Source: Methanobacteriota archaeon (lineage in GTDB: Archaea > JAADCQ01 > Methanopyri > Methanopyrales > Methanopyraceae). Taken from it: DNA of 64,000 nt. This document shows, piece after piece, positions 42,101 to 51,587 of the stretch (position 1 is its first letter; each line of letters starts with the position of its first letter). The stretch is taken from positions 288,001-352,000 of the forward strand of contig JAMOPO010000015.1 in the NCBI GenBank assembly GCA_027064425.1, read 5' to 3'. Below the pieces are notes generated by a model. That model was given only the letters and a program-made list of their open reading frames with translations. It did not search any database and was not told the origin of the DNA. The translations under genes were made by a program, and so were the position numbers.

Positions 42101-45100
42101 GAAGGGGGAGCCGGAGAACCCCGGGCGCACGTACTCGCCTCGCAGCGCCCGAAGCAGGTTCTCGACCTCCAGTCGAGCGCTGAGGAGGAAGCGCTGGAGT
42201 ACCCGCAGGGCCAGCCGAGAGACCTCGTCGACCGCCCGCCCGGCCCACACGGCCGCCCAGTCCACCCTCGGACTGGACCACAGCGCCCGCCGCAACGCGA
42301 GCTCGACCATGCACTCCAGCGAGCCGAGCGGGTCCTCCGGATCGATCGACGGCAGCCCGTACACGTGCAGCCCGCACATCCCCGACTCCTCCACAGTCTC
42401 GCGCAGGAGCTCGTAGAGCGCCTCCGCGCAGCGATCGAAGTCGCGCTCGAGGTCCCGGAGGTCGCGCGCCACCGCGACGTACAGCCCGGTCTCCCGGAGG
42501 AGCCCCTGAATCGCCTCCCTCAGGGCGTCGGCCCGGGTCGTCAGGTACCGCTCCAGCAGGTCCAGTAGCCTCGCGACCCGCGGGTCGAGCTCCACCCGGT
42601 TCCTCGGGGCGGGAAAGTGACCGAGGACGATCGCGCCCAGCCGGCGTCGCGCCGTCGCGCAGCCCACCACATCTCCCACGTGGTACAGGCAGACGATCGG
42701 CGTGCCGGCCGGTAGGATGATCGGGAACTCCCACCCCACGGGCAGGACGGGCTTCATCGGAGCCCACTCTAGGTTCCCGCGACCGCCCACCCGGACGACG
42801 GCGTCCACGTCCAGCCTCCGGGTCAGGTAATACCAGAACGCCAGGTTGCGTGGGCGGCAGGAGCATCGCCCAGAGCTCGGCGCGGGTCTTCATCCGAAAC
42901 AGTGGCGGTTCTGGCAGAATGTATACGTTTCCGAATCTTACTCCAGGTATTGGGAAGGCGCGCACGCCGTCGGTGATCCTCAGGAACGGGGACTCCTCGG
43001 GCGGGCCCCACCCGAACAGCCCGCCCAGCTCGTCCAGCCGATCACGCCACTCCTTCCACAGCTCGTCCAGCTCCCGCAGCACCGATTCCCTATCCACCGA
43101 CCGTCCGAGGGCGGCCTCCACCAGCACTCGCTCCACGCCCTCCAGCACCCGCGCGAGCCGGCGGGCGAGCTCCCGGCGCTCGTCCTCCGGGAGGTCCAGT
43201 CGGTCGAGGGCAGCGAGCACGGTGTCGCGGAGGGACCGGAGTCTCATCCGGAGGAACTCGAGGTAGCGTCGGTCCGGCGGCAGCTCCTCGGGACGGGCCC
43301 GTTCGACGAGGTAGCGGAGGTAGCCGAGGATGCCGCGCTCCACGTACAGCCGGGTGGGCTCGGGGAGGGAGCGGTACCACCGCAGGTACTCGTCGAGCGT
43401 GACCTTGTCCAGGAGCAGCAGCTCGACCCGGTGCGATCGGCCGGCGACTCGCTCGGTGATCCGGTTCAGGCCCGTGCGTAGGGGCGGCGTCCTCACGTAG
43501 GGGCCCAGGTGATAAGCTCTCGACAGGTACTCACGCCAGAACCCGTCCGAGAGCTCGAGGAGTATGTTCAGGGCTTCGCGGAAGGCCTCGACCGCCCCTC
43601 GCAGGTCACCCCGCTGGAGGAGCTCCCAGGCCTGACGATCGAGCTCGATAACGCGCCGGAGCCGGTCGTCCCACGGCGTCCGGACGGCGTACCCTTCAGC
43701 CTCGAGCCAGGCGAGGACGTGCAGGATGCTCGCGGGCACGTCCAACTGATCCGCCACGGCCACGAAGTCACGGCCGTAAGTATCCACGCCGTAAACCAGC
43801 GCGACTCGCTTCTCGTGGTTCGGCTTCTCTCGGAGCCGGCGCAGGTGGTCGACCAGGCGCACGACCGCATCGATCGTCTCGGAGACCGCGGCACCGCTGG
43901 CTAGGAGGACGCCGCCGGGCACGTGCCGGGCGAGCTCGGGCGAGAGCCGGACGACGCGGGAGGTACCGACGAGGAAGGGGCCGAGGAAGCCGAGGTTCTC
44001 GGGCACGATCACGTTGAAAATCATGTAATGGTCCGCGGCGCGCTCAGACATGTAGAGGCACTCCCACTGGAGCCGGGTCATGCCCATGTGGTTGGCGTCG
44101 AGGGCGACGACGGGGACGTCCAGCCGCTCGAGGAGGCGAACGAGCCGGCTGTCGGGACCGTAATACCGCATCATGCTGTGGTTCACGGCCCAGAGAACGC
44201 AGACGGTGCGCTCCGAGCGCACGGCGGCCTCGAGCGCGCGGAGGAAGTCCTCGGGAAGCATGTACAGGACGTCGTAGTGCAGGGCGACGCCGATCACGTT
44301 GTAACCGCGCTCGCGGAGCCGGAGGGCGAGGGCGCGCAGCCAGTCCAGGTAGCCGAGGTGTCGGCCGAGCAGGTTCACGGAGTCGAAGACGACGAACACC
44401 GTCGGCGCGCCGGGCCGGTACGTGCCTCGGGCTCGGGCGAGCTCGCGGTAGCGGGCGAGGAGCTCGGACAGCCTCGGGAGGACCGCGGCCCGGATCAGCT
44501 CGACGAACCAGCGCGGGTACACGGTGACGCCGTGGTAGCTGGAGAGGACCTCGCCGTGCGGGTACCTCCGCTGGTAGGATCGTATCAGCCCGGGGCTGGC
44601 GGGCTCCTCAGGGGCCACGACGGTGTCCGAGACGGGGTCGTACAGGGACAGCAGGCCGTCGAGATAGAACGCCTTGGGCGGCTCGCCCGTAGCTACGTAC
44701 CGGAAGAACTGGATCACGTTCCGCTCGGAGAGCGTGGCCAGGAACAGGTACAGCGGAATCTCGGCGCCGCCCACGTCGACGGTGCGGTCGGCGAGGGGGA
44801 TCATGCGGGCGCGGGCGGACCCGGTCGGGAGGTTGATCCGGTTCTGGTACACGTAGAACGGGACGCCGCGGGCGAGGGCCTCGGCCAGGGCCACGTACTC
44901 GGGGGCGGAGTAGGGCTCGAGCGCCGTCAGCCCGGAGGAGCGGTAGAGAACGACCGCGGAGGCCTCGCGGATGCGTTGGCAGACCTCCTCTCGGACGTCC
45001 GTCCGCTCGGCGCCGACGATGAGCGCATCGTAGGAGCGGGGGTCAATGGCCAGGAACTCGAGGCCGGCCTTATGCAGTGGTTCGAGGAACTGGCCGGCGT

Positions 45101-45188
45101 AGCGGGAGATGATCACGATCTCGCCGGCGTGGGTGGGGGTGGGGAGCAGAAGCAGCGGGAGCAGAAGGAGGAGGGTGGGCCGGGTCAT
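39107..45188 (-). pseudogene. Large secreted CobN/Mg-chelatase H-like protein (about 2,030 aa), frameshifted at about 42846
   Basis: Signal peptide; CobN-like motifs KPNHEKRVAL, LDVPAS, WGPP, PGVRFGNV, PPT, then in another frame LAFWYYL..DAVVRVGGRGNLEW, GLHVYG, PTGRN; Thr/Pro/Ala linker and C-terminal TM helix. Confidence 0.75.
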
Positions 45189-45204
45189 CGGGGGCGTTAC
45201 CCCC

Positions 45205-46581
45205 CTACCGGCGCCGGGCGAGGAGGAGGGCGATCAGGGCCGGTAGTGTGACGACCGGGTGGACGGGCAGCTTCCACCTCCTGACCTTCTTGCCGATTCC
45301 GAGCTTCTTGGCGAGGGCGAACGCGGCCAGCGCGTAGGAGGTGGCCAGCGTCTGGCTCCGGAACCGCAGCTCGGGGCTCCAGACGCTGCGGATGAAGTAC
45401 CAGTAGAACGGCAGCCGGAGGCGCTTGGCCTCCTGGTACTGCCGGTACAGCACGTCCAGCGCCTGCACGATGGCCGGGTGGTTCGGGTCGATGAGGCCCA
45501 GCTCGGCGCAGCGCAGCAGCGCGACGAGGGCGGAGGCGGTGCTACCGTAGTCCGGCGGGTACTCGGTCAGCGGCCCGCGGCCCCACATACCGGTCTTCGG
45601 GTCCCGGAGGGAGAGCAGGTAGTCGATCGCCCGCTTGAGGGCCTTCTTCACGCGCTCAACGAGGTCCTTCAGCTCCCGCTCCTTCCCGGCCTCGCGCACG
45701 GCCTTGAGCCAGTCGCAGAGGGCGATCATCGCCCGGGCGTGGCCCGTGGTGTACAGCGGGTACGGGCAGCCCGTGTCCCGCGGGTCGGTGTAGAAGTTGC
45801 CCTTCTCGTCCTGGTGGTTGAGGAACCACTCGACCACCTTAAGAACCAGGCCGTCGTCCGGCGGCGCGCCCGCCGCCAGCAGCGTTCGGAGGCAGTAGGA
45901 GGTCACGTCCGTGATCCCGTGCGCCCCGCCCGGCCGATCCGGGTAGTCGATCCAGAAGTAGCCCTCGTCCTCCTTTTGCAGGTTCGGACCCTCGCGGAGC
46001 CAGGCGACCACCTTCTTGAGGAACGGTTCGTACTCCCTCCACAGGTCGTCCGGGATGATCCCCGCCTTACGGGCCCGGAAGAACGGGAGCGCGAACTTCG
46101 CCGTCAGGCCGGCGCTGGCGACCTCCTTGCCCTGCCGGATCCGCACCCAGTAGGCCCACTTGCCGTTCGGGTCCTCCTTCCGCTGGTACTTGCCCTTGAC
46201 GTTCCACATGAACTGGAGCGCCTTCAGGATCATCTCTCGGACCGTGTCGTCCCGCACGCCCGCCTCGTAGGCCGTCAGGAGTGTGTCCATGACCACGTAC
46301 GTGTGCAGGTTCGGCAGGCAGTAGTACGTCACGTCCCGCTTGTACGTCATCGGGAACGCGCCGACGTCCTCGGGCTTGACCTCGTACTCCGCCCACTGGC
46401 CCTGCCGGTTCTTGTACCGGATCTTTTTGCCCACGTCCTTCTCCGTGTACTGCTGCTCCTTGAGCCAGGACTTCGCCGCCTGCAGGGCCTCGTCGATCTG
46501 CGCCGGGGTGATAGCGTGGGTCGGCGCGGCGGCGGTAGCGGCCGCCAGCAGGAGTACGATCAAGGCTCTCGTTGGCGGCAT
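45205..46581 (-). CDS. Secreted prenyltransferase/terpene-cyclase-like alpha/alpha-barrel protein with C-terminal anchor
   Basis: Signal peptide; QW-like repeats (KSWLKEQQ, VEWFLNHQDEKGNF, IDYLLSLRDPKTGMW, STASALVAL); C-terminal LPVHP-hydrophobic-RRR. Confidence 0.75.
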   Translation of the reverse strand: MPPTRALIVLLLAAATAAAPTHAITPAQIDEALQAAKSWLKEQQYTEKDVGKKIRYKNRQGQWAEYEVKPEDVGAFPMTYKRDVTYYCLPNLHTYVVMDTLLTAYEAGVRDDTVREMILKALQFMWNVKGKYQRKEDPNGKWAYWVRIRQGKEVASAGLTAKFALPFFRARKAGIIPDDLWREYEPFLKKVVAWLREGPNLQKEDEGYFWIDYPDRPGGAHGITDVTSYCLRTLLAAGAPPDDGLVLKVVEWFLNHQDEKGNFYTDPRDTGCPYPLYTTGHARAMIALCDWLKAVREAGKERELKDLVERVKKALKRAIDYLLSLRDPKTGMWGRGPLTEYPPDYGSTASALVALLRCAELGLIDPNHPAIVQALDVLYRQYQEAKRLRLPFYWYFIRSVWSPELRFRSQTLATSYALAAFALAKKLGIGKKVRRWKLPVHPVVTLPALIALLLARRR

Positions 46582-46623
46582 TATCCTCGCACCCCTGCGG
46601 GCGCCAGTATTACCGACTTATAA

Positions 46624-46676
46624 TCAGACCGCCGCTCAGTGTTCGTTCACCCTAAGAGAACGCGGCTTCGTCACAC
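46624..46676 (-). ncRNA. Possible C/D box sRNA (weak)
   Basis: Reverse complement GTGACGA-11nt-CTTA-ggg-TGAACGA-15nt-CTGA; boxes degenerate. Confidence 0.3.
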
Positions 46677-46845
46677 CGGCGCCGGGTCCCGGGGTCGCCC
46701 TGTCGGGGCGCGGGTACAGCGGCGGTCCGAGCTCAGGGCTAGGCGTGAGAGCCCAGTCAGCTCCCGGGCGAGGGCTGGACCTGGGGGCGGCGGGCGGGGC
46801 GAGTCCCGAAACGTCTGGAGGTGAGTCGAGGGCGGGTGGCTCCTT

Positions 46846-46864
46846 CGTTAAGATAATCGTAACG
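46846..46864. repeat. Spaced palindrome copy 5 (3' of aroB')
   Basis: CGTTA-agataatcg-TAACG. Confidence 0.75.
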
Positions 46865-46898
46865 ATTCGTGGGGGGCGTGGGAGGGTGGGACCTGGGC

Positions 46899-48110
46899 CT
46901 ACTTCTCGATGATGCTCTCCTCGACCTCCATGCCGAAGTGGCGGCCCTTGCGCTCCTCGGTCTCGACGAAGGCGAGCACCTTGTCACCGGGCTTGAGGTC
47001 GACGACGGAGACGGGCTCGCCGTCCTCGCGGACGAGGTGGATGGTCTCGGCGTTCTGGACGATGGTTTGGATTTCGATGCCCTCGTACTCGGCCTTGATC
47101 AGGAGGAGCGGTCGCTTCTCGATCTTGAGGCGGCCGACGACGGCGGTGCGGGTGTTGCCGTCCTTGTCGACGATGAGGACCTCGTCGCCGGGCTCGAGCT
47201 CGGAGAGGTACTTGGTCTTGCCGCCGGGCACGCGGATGTACGCGTGGACGGGCCCGGCGTTGACGCGGAAGGGCCGCGGTTCGACGTAGGGGTTGTCGAG
47301 GCTCTCGCTGTGGATCAGGAACATGCCGCGGGCGGTGGAGCCGACGAGCATGCCCTCTCCTTCCTCCATGAGGGTGCAGGTGTCGACGCAGACGCGGTCT
47401 CCCTTGCCGATGGGCTCGATCTCCTTGATCTCGACGGGGACGAGCTCGAACTTCTCGGCGGTGACCTCCTCGGCCACCTCGGCCGTCTTCTTGATCTCGC
47501 CCGGCTCGATGCGCTGGGCGTCGAGCAGCACGCCGTCGGAGCCGACCTCGAGGGTCTCGAAGGCGATCTTGGCCTCCTCCGCGTCCCGGGCGCCGGCGAT
47601 GATCTTGGTGGGCTCGTCCTGGAGCTCGGCGATCAGGTTCTCGAGTGGGATGATCTTCCAGTCGCGGCCGATGGCGATCAGGTAGTCGGGCTCGAGCTCC
47701 TTGGAGATGTCGGCGGCGAAGCGCTCGTAGGGCTTGTCCTCGATCTCGACGTACTCGGCGACCTCGTAGCCCGCCTCCTTAACCCGACGGATGAGCTCTC
47801 CGTCGATGGACTCGCTCACGTCGTCGGGCAGGTCGATCGTGCCGTCGCCCTCGCCTCGGATGCCGACGATGACGAGGTCGGCGTCGACGTTCTCCAGCTC
47901 GTCGAGGGCCAGGTCGGGCGAGCCGCCCTCGGCCGCGAGCGGGACGGCGACCTTGACGTTGCCCAGCTCCTTGACCTTCTCCACCTCCTCCGGTAGGCAG
48001 ACGATCACGTCCGCGCCGGCCTCGATGGCCTCGGTGACGAAGGGCTTCTTCTCCTCCCACGAGCCCTCAAAGGCGATCGAGACCCAAACCTCCTTCTTCT
48101 CGTCGCTCAT
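46899..48110 (-). CDS. aroB': 3-dehydroquinate synthase II
   Basis: DWKIIPLENLIA, GDRVCVDTC, RPFRVNAG, QNAETI, GRHFG. Confidence 0.95.
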   Translation of the reverse strand: MSDEKKEVWVSIAFEGSWEEKKPFVTEAIEAGADVIVCLPEEVEKVKELGNVKVAVPLAAEGGSPDLALDELENVDADLVIVGIRGEGDGTIDLPDDVSESIDGELIRRVKEAGYEVAEYVEIEDKPYERFAADISKELEPDYLIAIGRDWKIIPLENLIAELQDEPTKIIAGARDAEEAKIAFETLEVGSDGVLLDAQRIEPGEIKKTAEVAEEVTAEKFELVPVEIKEIEPIGKGDRVCVDTCTLMEEGEGMLVGSTARGMFLIHSESLDNPYVEPRPFRVNAGPVHAYIRVPGGKTKYLSELEPGDEVLIVDKDGNTRTAVVGRLKIEKRPLLLIKAEYEGIEIQTIVQNAETIHLVREDGEPVSVVDLKPGDKVLAFVETEERKGRHFGMEVEESIIEK

Positions 48111-48117
48111 GGCGCGT

Positions 48118-48942
48118 CTACACCCGCTCGAGCTCCCTCATGGCCTCCTCTACGTCGGCCTCCTCGTGGATGATCTTCGCGATGGCCCGGGCCATCGCCT
48201 CGCGCATGCGCGGGGACTTGTGCGCGAAGATGTTCCGGCCGATGGCCGCGCCCGCCGCGCCCGCCTCGATCGCGCCCTTGACCATCTCGAGAACCTCCTC
48301 CGGCGTCTCGGCCTTCGGCCCGCCCGCGATGACCACCGGGACCGGGCAGCCCTTCACCACCTCCTTGAAGGAGTCCGGGTCGCCCGTGTAGTTCGTCTTG
48401 ACGATGTCCGCGCCCAGCTCCGCGCCCACGCGGGCCGCGTGCTTCACGTACTCCACGTCGAACTCGTCCTCCACCTGCGGGCCCCGCGGGTACATCATCG
48501 CGACCAGCGGCATGCCCCACTCCTCGCACTTCCGCGCGACCTCACCCAGCTTTTTCAGCATCTCCGGCTCCTCCTCGGCGCCCACGTTCACGTGCACGCT
48601 GACCGCGTCCGCGCCGAGCCGGATCGCCTCCTCGACGTCCGCCACCTGCACCTTGTAGTTCGGGTCCGGGCCCAGGTCCGTGCTCGCCGACAGGTGCACG
48701 ATCAGTCCCACGTCGCGCCCGTACCCGCGGTGACCCGCGCGCACCATCCCCTTGTGCATCAGGACCGCGTTGGCGCCGCCCCGGGCCACCGCGTCCACCG
48801 TCTCCTCCAGGTCCTTCAGGCCCGTGATCGGACCCATCGTCACGCCGTGGTCCATCGGCACGATCAGCGTCCGGCCCGTCTCACGGTCCATGATCCGCTC
48901 CATCCGGATCTTCTTACCGATGTGGCCCACCTCGACGTCCAA
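48118..48942 (-). CDS. aroA': 2-amino-3,7-dideoxy-D-threo-hept-6-ulosonate synthase (class I aldolase)
   Basis: [33 protein letters not shown]; adjacent to aroB'. Confidence 0.92.
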   Translation of the reverse strand: MDVEVGHIGKKIRMERIMDRETGRTLIVPMDHGVTMGPITGLKDLEETVDAVARGGANAVLMHKGMVRAGHRGYGRDVGLIVHLSASTDLGPDPNYKVQVADVEEAIRLGADAVSVHVNVGAEEEPEMLKKLGEVARKCEEWGMPLVAMMYPRGPQVEDEFDVEYVKHAARVGAELGADIVKTNYTGDPDSFKEVVKGCPVPVVIAGGPKAETPEEVLEMVKGAIEAGAAGAAIGRNIFAHKSPRMREAMARAIAKIIHEEADVEEAMRELERV

Positions 48943-48944
48943 GC

Positions 48945-49277
48945 CTACCCTTCCCCCTCCTCACGCCCTTCCAGGCGCTCGGCGAGGCGTTCGTAACGCT
49001 CCAGGAGGAGCTCGAAATCCTCCTTGAGGGAGCGAAGCTCCTCGAGCACGCGCCTCAGCCGCTCCGGAGCCTCCTCGGTGAGCACGGCCCCGCGCGGGGA
49101 GGGGCGGATGATGCCCTCCCGCTCGAGCGCGCGGAGGGAGTAGCGAACCTTGTGCCACTCCATCCCGGAGAGCTCGGAGAGGCGCTCGATCCCGACCGGC
49201 TCGTTGTCCGACACGAGCTCGAGTATCCGGGCGTGACGCTCCAGGACCCTCAGCGCCTCCTTGAGCGACCCGAGCAC
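48945..49277 (-). CDS. Winged-helix putative transcriptional regulator (COG3388-like)
   Basis: [31 protein letters not shown]; start uncertain. Confidence 0.78.
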   Translation of the reverse strand: MLGSLKEALRVLERHARILELVSDNEPVGIERLSELSGMEWHKVRYSLRALEREGIIRPSPRGAVLTEEAPERLRRVLEELRSLKEDFELLLERYERLAERLEGREEGEG

Positions 49278-49337
49278 CGCCGCGCTCCCCGCGCCATGCT
49301 CCGTGCTAGCAGGTAGCACGTCACCTGTACAAAAAGA

Positions 49338-51296
49338 TTACGGGCCCGCGAGCGCGAGTAGCCGGTGGGCCAGCGCGCCCATCACCGTGGCCACGGCCAG
49401 GTTCGTCAGGAGCGCGAGCGCCGTGAGTCGCGCCGACTCCGTCTCCGTGTAGATCGCGCCCAGGGTGGACGCGCACGGCAGGTACAACGTGCTCACCAGG
49501 GCCAGGACGTACGCCTGGTCCGGGCTAAGGCGCATGTGGAGGGTGGAGATCGTGGAGATCACGGTCTCCTTCGCGAGCACCCCGGTGAGCAGCGCCACCG
49601 CGCCGCCCCAGTCCAGCCCGAGGAGCGGTTCGATCAGCGGCTCCAGCGCCTTGCCGACGAGCTCCGCCGCGCTCCCGTGACCGAGCGGCGCCGGGTACCG
49701 GGTGAGGGCCCAGATCGCGATGGAGGCGGCGAGGATCACCGTCCCGGCCTTCTTGAGGAACTCGTTCGAGCGCAGCCAGGCCACCCGAAGCACGGTCCCG
49801 GGGTGGGGCCGCCGGAGCCGAGGGAGCTCGATCACCGTGCCCAGGCCGGGCTCGGCCGGTCCGTAGAGCAGGCGGTTGAGCAGGGCGGCGGTCCCGAGGA
49901 AGGTGAGGACGGCGATCGCGTAGATGGAGGCGGCCGCGGGCACCCGCCATGGATCGGGCAGCTGGGCGGTCAGGTAGGCGATCACGGAGAGCCTGGCGCT
50001 GCACGGGATGGCGGGGAGGGCGAGGACGGTGACCACCAGCGCCCGAGGGTCCTCGATGATGCGGGAGCCCGTGATCCCCGGCACGTTGCACGCCAGGGAG
50101 AGCATCGCCGGGAAGACGGACTTGCCGTGCAGACCGAACCGCGAGAGCAGGCCGGCGAGGAGGGCGGCGACCCGGGCGGTGTAGCCGGAGTCCTCGAGCG
50201 CGGTGAGGAGCAGGAGCATGACCAGGATGTACGGGTACATGGCCAGCACGGTGCCCACGCCGCGGAGGATCCCGTCGCCGAGGAGGCCGCCCCAGGGCTC
50301 GGGCAGCGCCGCGCTCACGCGGTCCGCCAGGGACTCGAGCGCGTCCTCCAGGGGCTCGGACAGGAGGTCGCCCAGGTAGAAGGCGGCGGCGAAGACGGCC
50401 GTGATGGTCGCGCCAGCTAGGAGTCCGCCCCAGAGCGGGTGGGTGAGTACGCGGTCGAGCCGGGCCTGCCGGTCGAGCGCGGGGCGGCCGGAGATGGCTG
50501 CACGCACGATCTCCGAGGCGAGCTCGTCCCGGGCCCGCTTGATCGCGGCCCGGGGGTCCTGGTCCAGCGTCTCGATCAGGTCGCGGTGGATCCGCTCGAC
50601 GAGCTCGGGCAGGTCCTCGAGGTCCCGGCTCAGTCGCTCCAGCAGGTCCTCGTCGCCTTCAAGGAGCTTGATCGCGAGCCACTCGGCCCGGTGGCGGGGC
50701 TCGCTCAGCTCCCGCTCGATCCGCTCGCGGAGCTCTCGAACGGCGGCCCGAATGGGGCGCGGGTAGTCGACCCGGGGTGGCCTCGGCTCGACCCGTCCCT
50801 CCACGACGTCGGAGATGGCCCGTTTGAGTCGGTCGATCCCCGTACCGCGCTTGGCGGAGAGGGGTACGACCGGCACGCGGAGCCGGCGCTCGAGGGTGCG
50901 GACGTCCACGTCCAGGTCCATGCGCTCGGCCTCGTCCATCATGTTGACCGCGAGGACGAGTCGGGTGCGCCCGAGCTCGGCGATCTCGAGGAGCAGCGAG
51001 ACGCCGCGGACGAGGTTCAGCGCGTCGGCCACGACCACGATCACGTCCGCGCGCTCGTCGAGGCGGTCGAGGAGGAAGTCGCGGGTGATGCGCTGGTCCT
51101 CCGAGGTGGCGACGAGGCTGTACGTGCCGGGCAGGTCGATCACGCGGTAGCGGTGGCCTCGGAACTCGTACGTGCAGGTCCTCCGCTCGACGGTGACCCC
51201 GGGCCAGTTCCCGACTTCAAGGGAGGCGCGGCAGAGGCGGGACATGAGCGTGGTCTTGCCCACGTTCGGCGGACCCGCGAGCGCGACGGTTCTCAT
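49338..51296 (-). CDS. feoB: Ferrous iron transporter FeoB
   Basis: GPPNVGKT, VGNWPGVTVE, DLPGTYSL, NMMD, LEDSGY, PCSARL, LYLPC. Confidence 0.96.
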   Translation of the reverse strand: MRTVALAGPPNVGKTTLMSRLCRASLEVGNWPGVTVERRTCTYEFRGHRYRVIDLPGTYSLVATSEDQRITRDFLLDRLDERADVIVVVADALNLVRGVSLLLEIAELGRTRLVLAVNMMDEAERMDLDVDVRTLERRLRVPVVPLSAKRGTGIDRLKRAISDVVEGRVEPRPPRVDYPRPIRAAVRELRERIERELSEPRHRAEWLAIKLLEGDEDLLERLSRDLEDLPELVERIHRDLIETLDQDPRAAIKRARDELASEIVRAAISGRPALDRQARLDRVLTHPLWGGLLAGATITAVFAAAFYLGDLLSEPLEDALESLADRVSAALPEPWGGLLGDGILRGVGTVLAMYPYILVMLLLLTALEDSGYTARVAALLAGLLSRFGLHGKSVFPAMLSLACNVPGITGSRIIEDPRALVVTVLALPAIPCSARLSVIAYLTAQLPDPWRVPAAASIYAIAVLTFLGTAALLNRLLYGPAEPGLGTVIELPRLRRPHPGTVLRVAWLRSNEFLKKAGTVILAASIAIWALTRYPAPLGHGSAAELVGKALEPLIEPLLGLDWGGAVALLTGVLAKETVISTISTLHMRLSPDQAYVLALVSTLYLPCASTLGAIYTETESARLTALALLTNLAVATVMGALAHRLLALAGP

Positions 51297-51307
51297 GCAC
51301 CGCCCCC

Positions 51308-51532
51308 TCACTCCTCCTCCACGATCACCTTGGACGCGAGGCCGCGGCCGATCGAGAACGTGCTACCTTCCGCCCGGACAACGATCGGGCCGGGGCCCGA
51401 CTTGACGACCTCCACCCGGGCACCCGGCCGCAGCCCGAGGTTGTACAGCATGGCCGCGGCGCCTCGACCCGCCACCACATCCACGATCCGTACCACGCGG
51501 CCCTCCTCCACCTCAGCGAGGGTCTTGGGCAA
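51308..51532 (-). CDS. feoA: FeoA
   Basis: LYNLGLRPG, GPIVV, IGRGLASKVIV; TTG start at 51532. Confidence 0.9.
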   Translation of the reverse strand: MPKTLAEVEEGRVVRIVDVVAGRGAAAMLYNLGLRPGARVEVVKSGPGPIVVRAEGSTFSIGRGLASKVIVEEE

Positions 51533-51561
51533 GCCCCGGCCCCGCCGAGCCGTCGGGTCAA

Positions 51562-51579
51562 CGTTAGGCCGGCCTAACG
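51562..51579. promoter_or_regulatory. DtxR/IdeR-type iron box in the feoAB promoter
   Basis: Perfect 18-bp palindrome CGTTAGGCCGGCCTAACG, downstream of minus-strand BRE/TATA AAAAGTTATATA (51589-51600). Confidence 0.7.
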
Positions 51580-51587
51580 ACACCCAT

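Noticed and set aside
41559-42845. C-terminal roughly 430 aa of the 1209-aa ORF
   Set aside because: Arg/Gly/Pro-rich out-of-frame tail after the frameshift
46620-46845. Cobalamin riboswitch upstream of the CobN-like operon
   Set aside because: No B12-box consensus, and the TATA box lies about 40 bp from the ATG, leaving no room for a long leader
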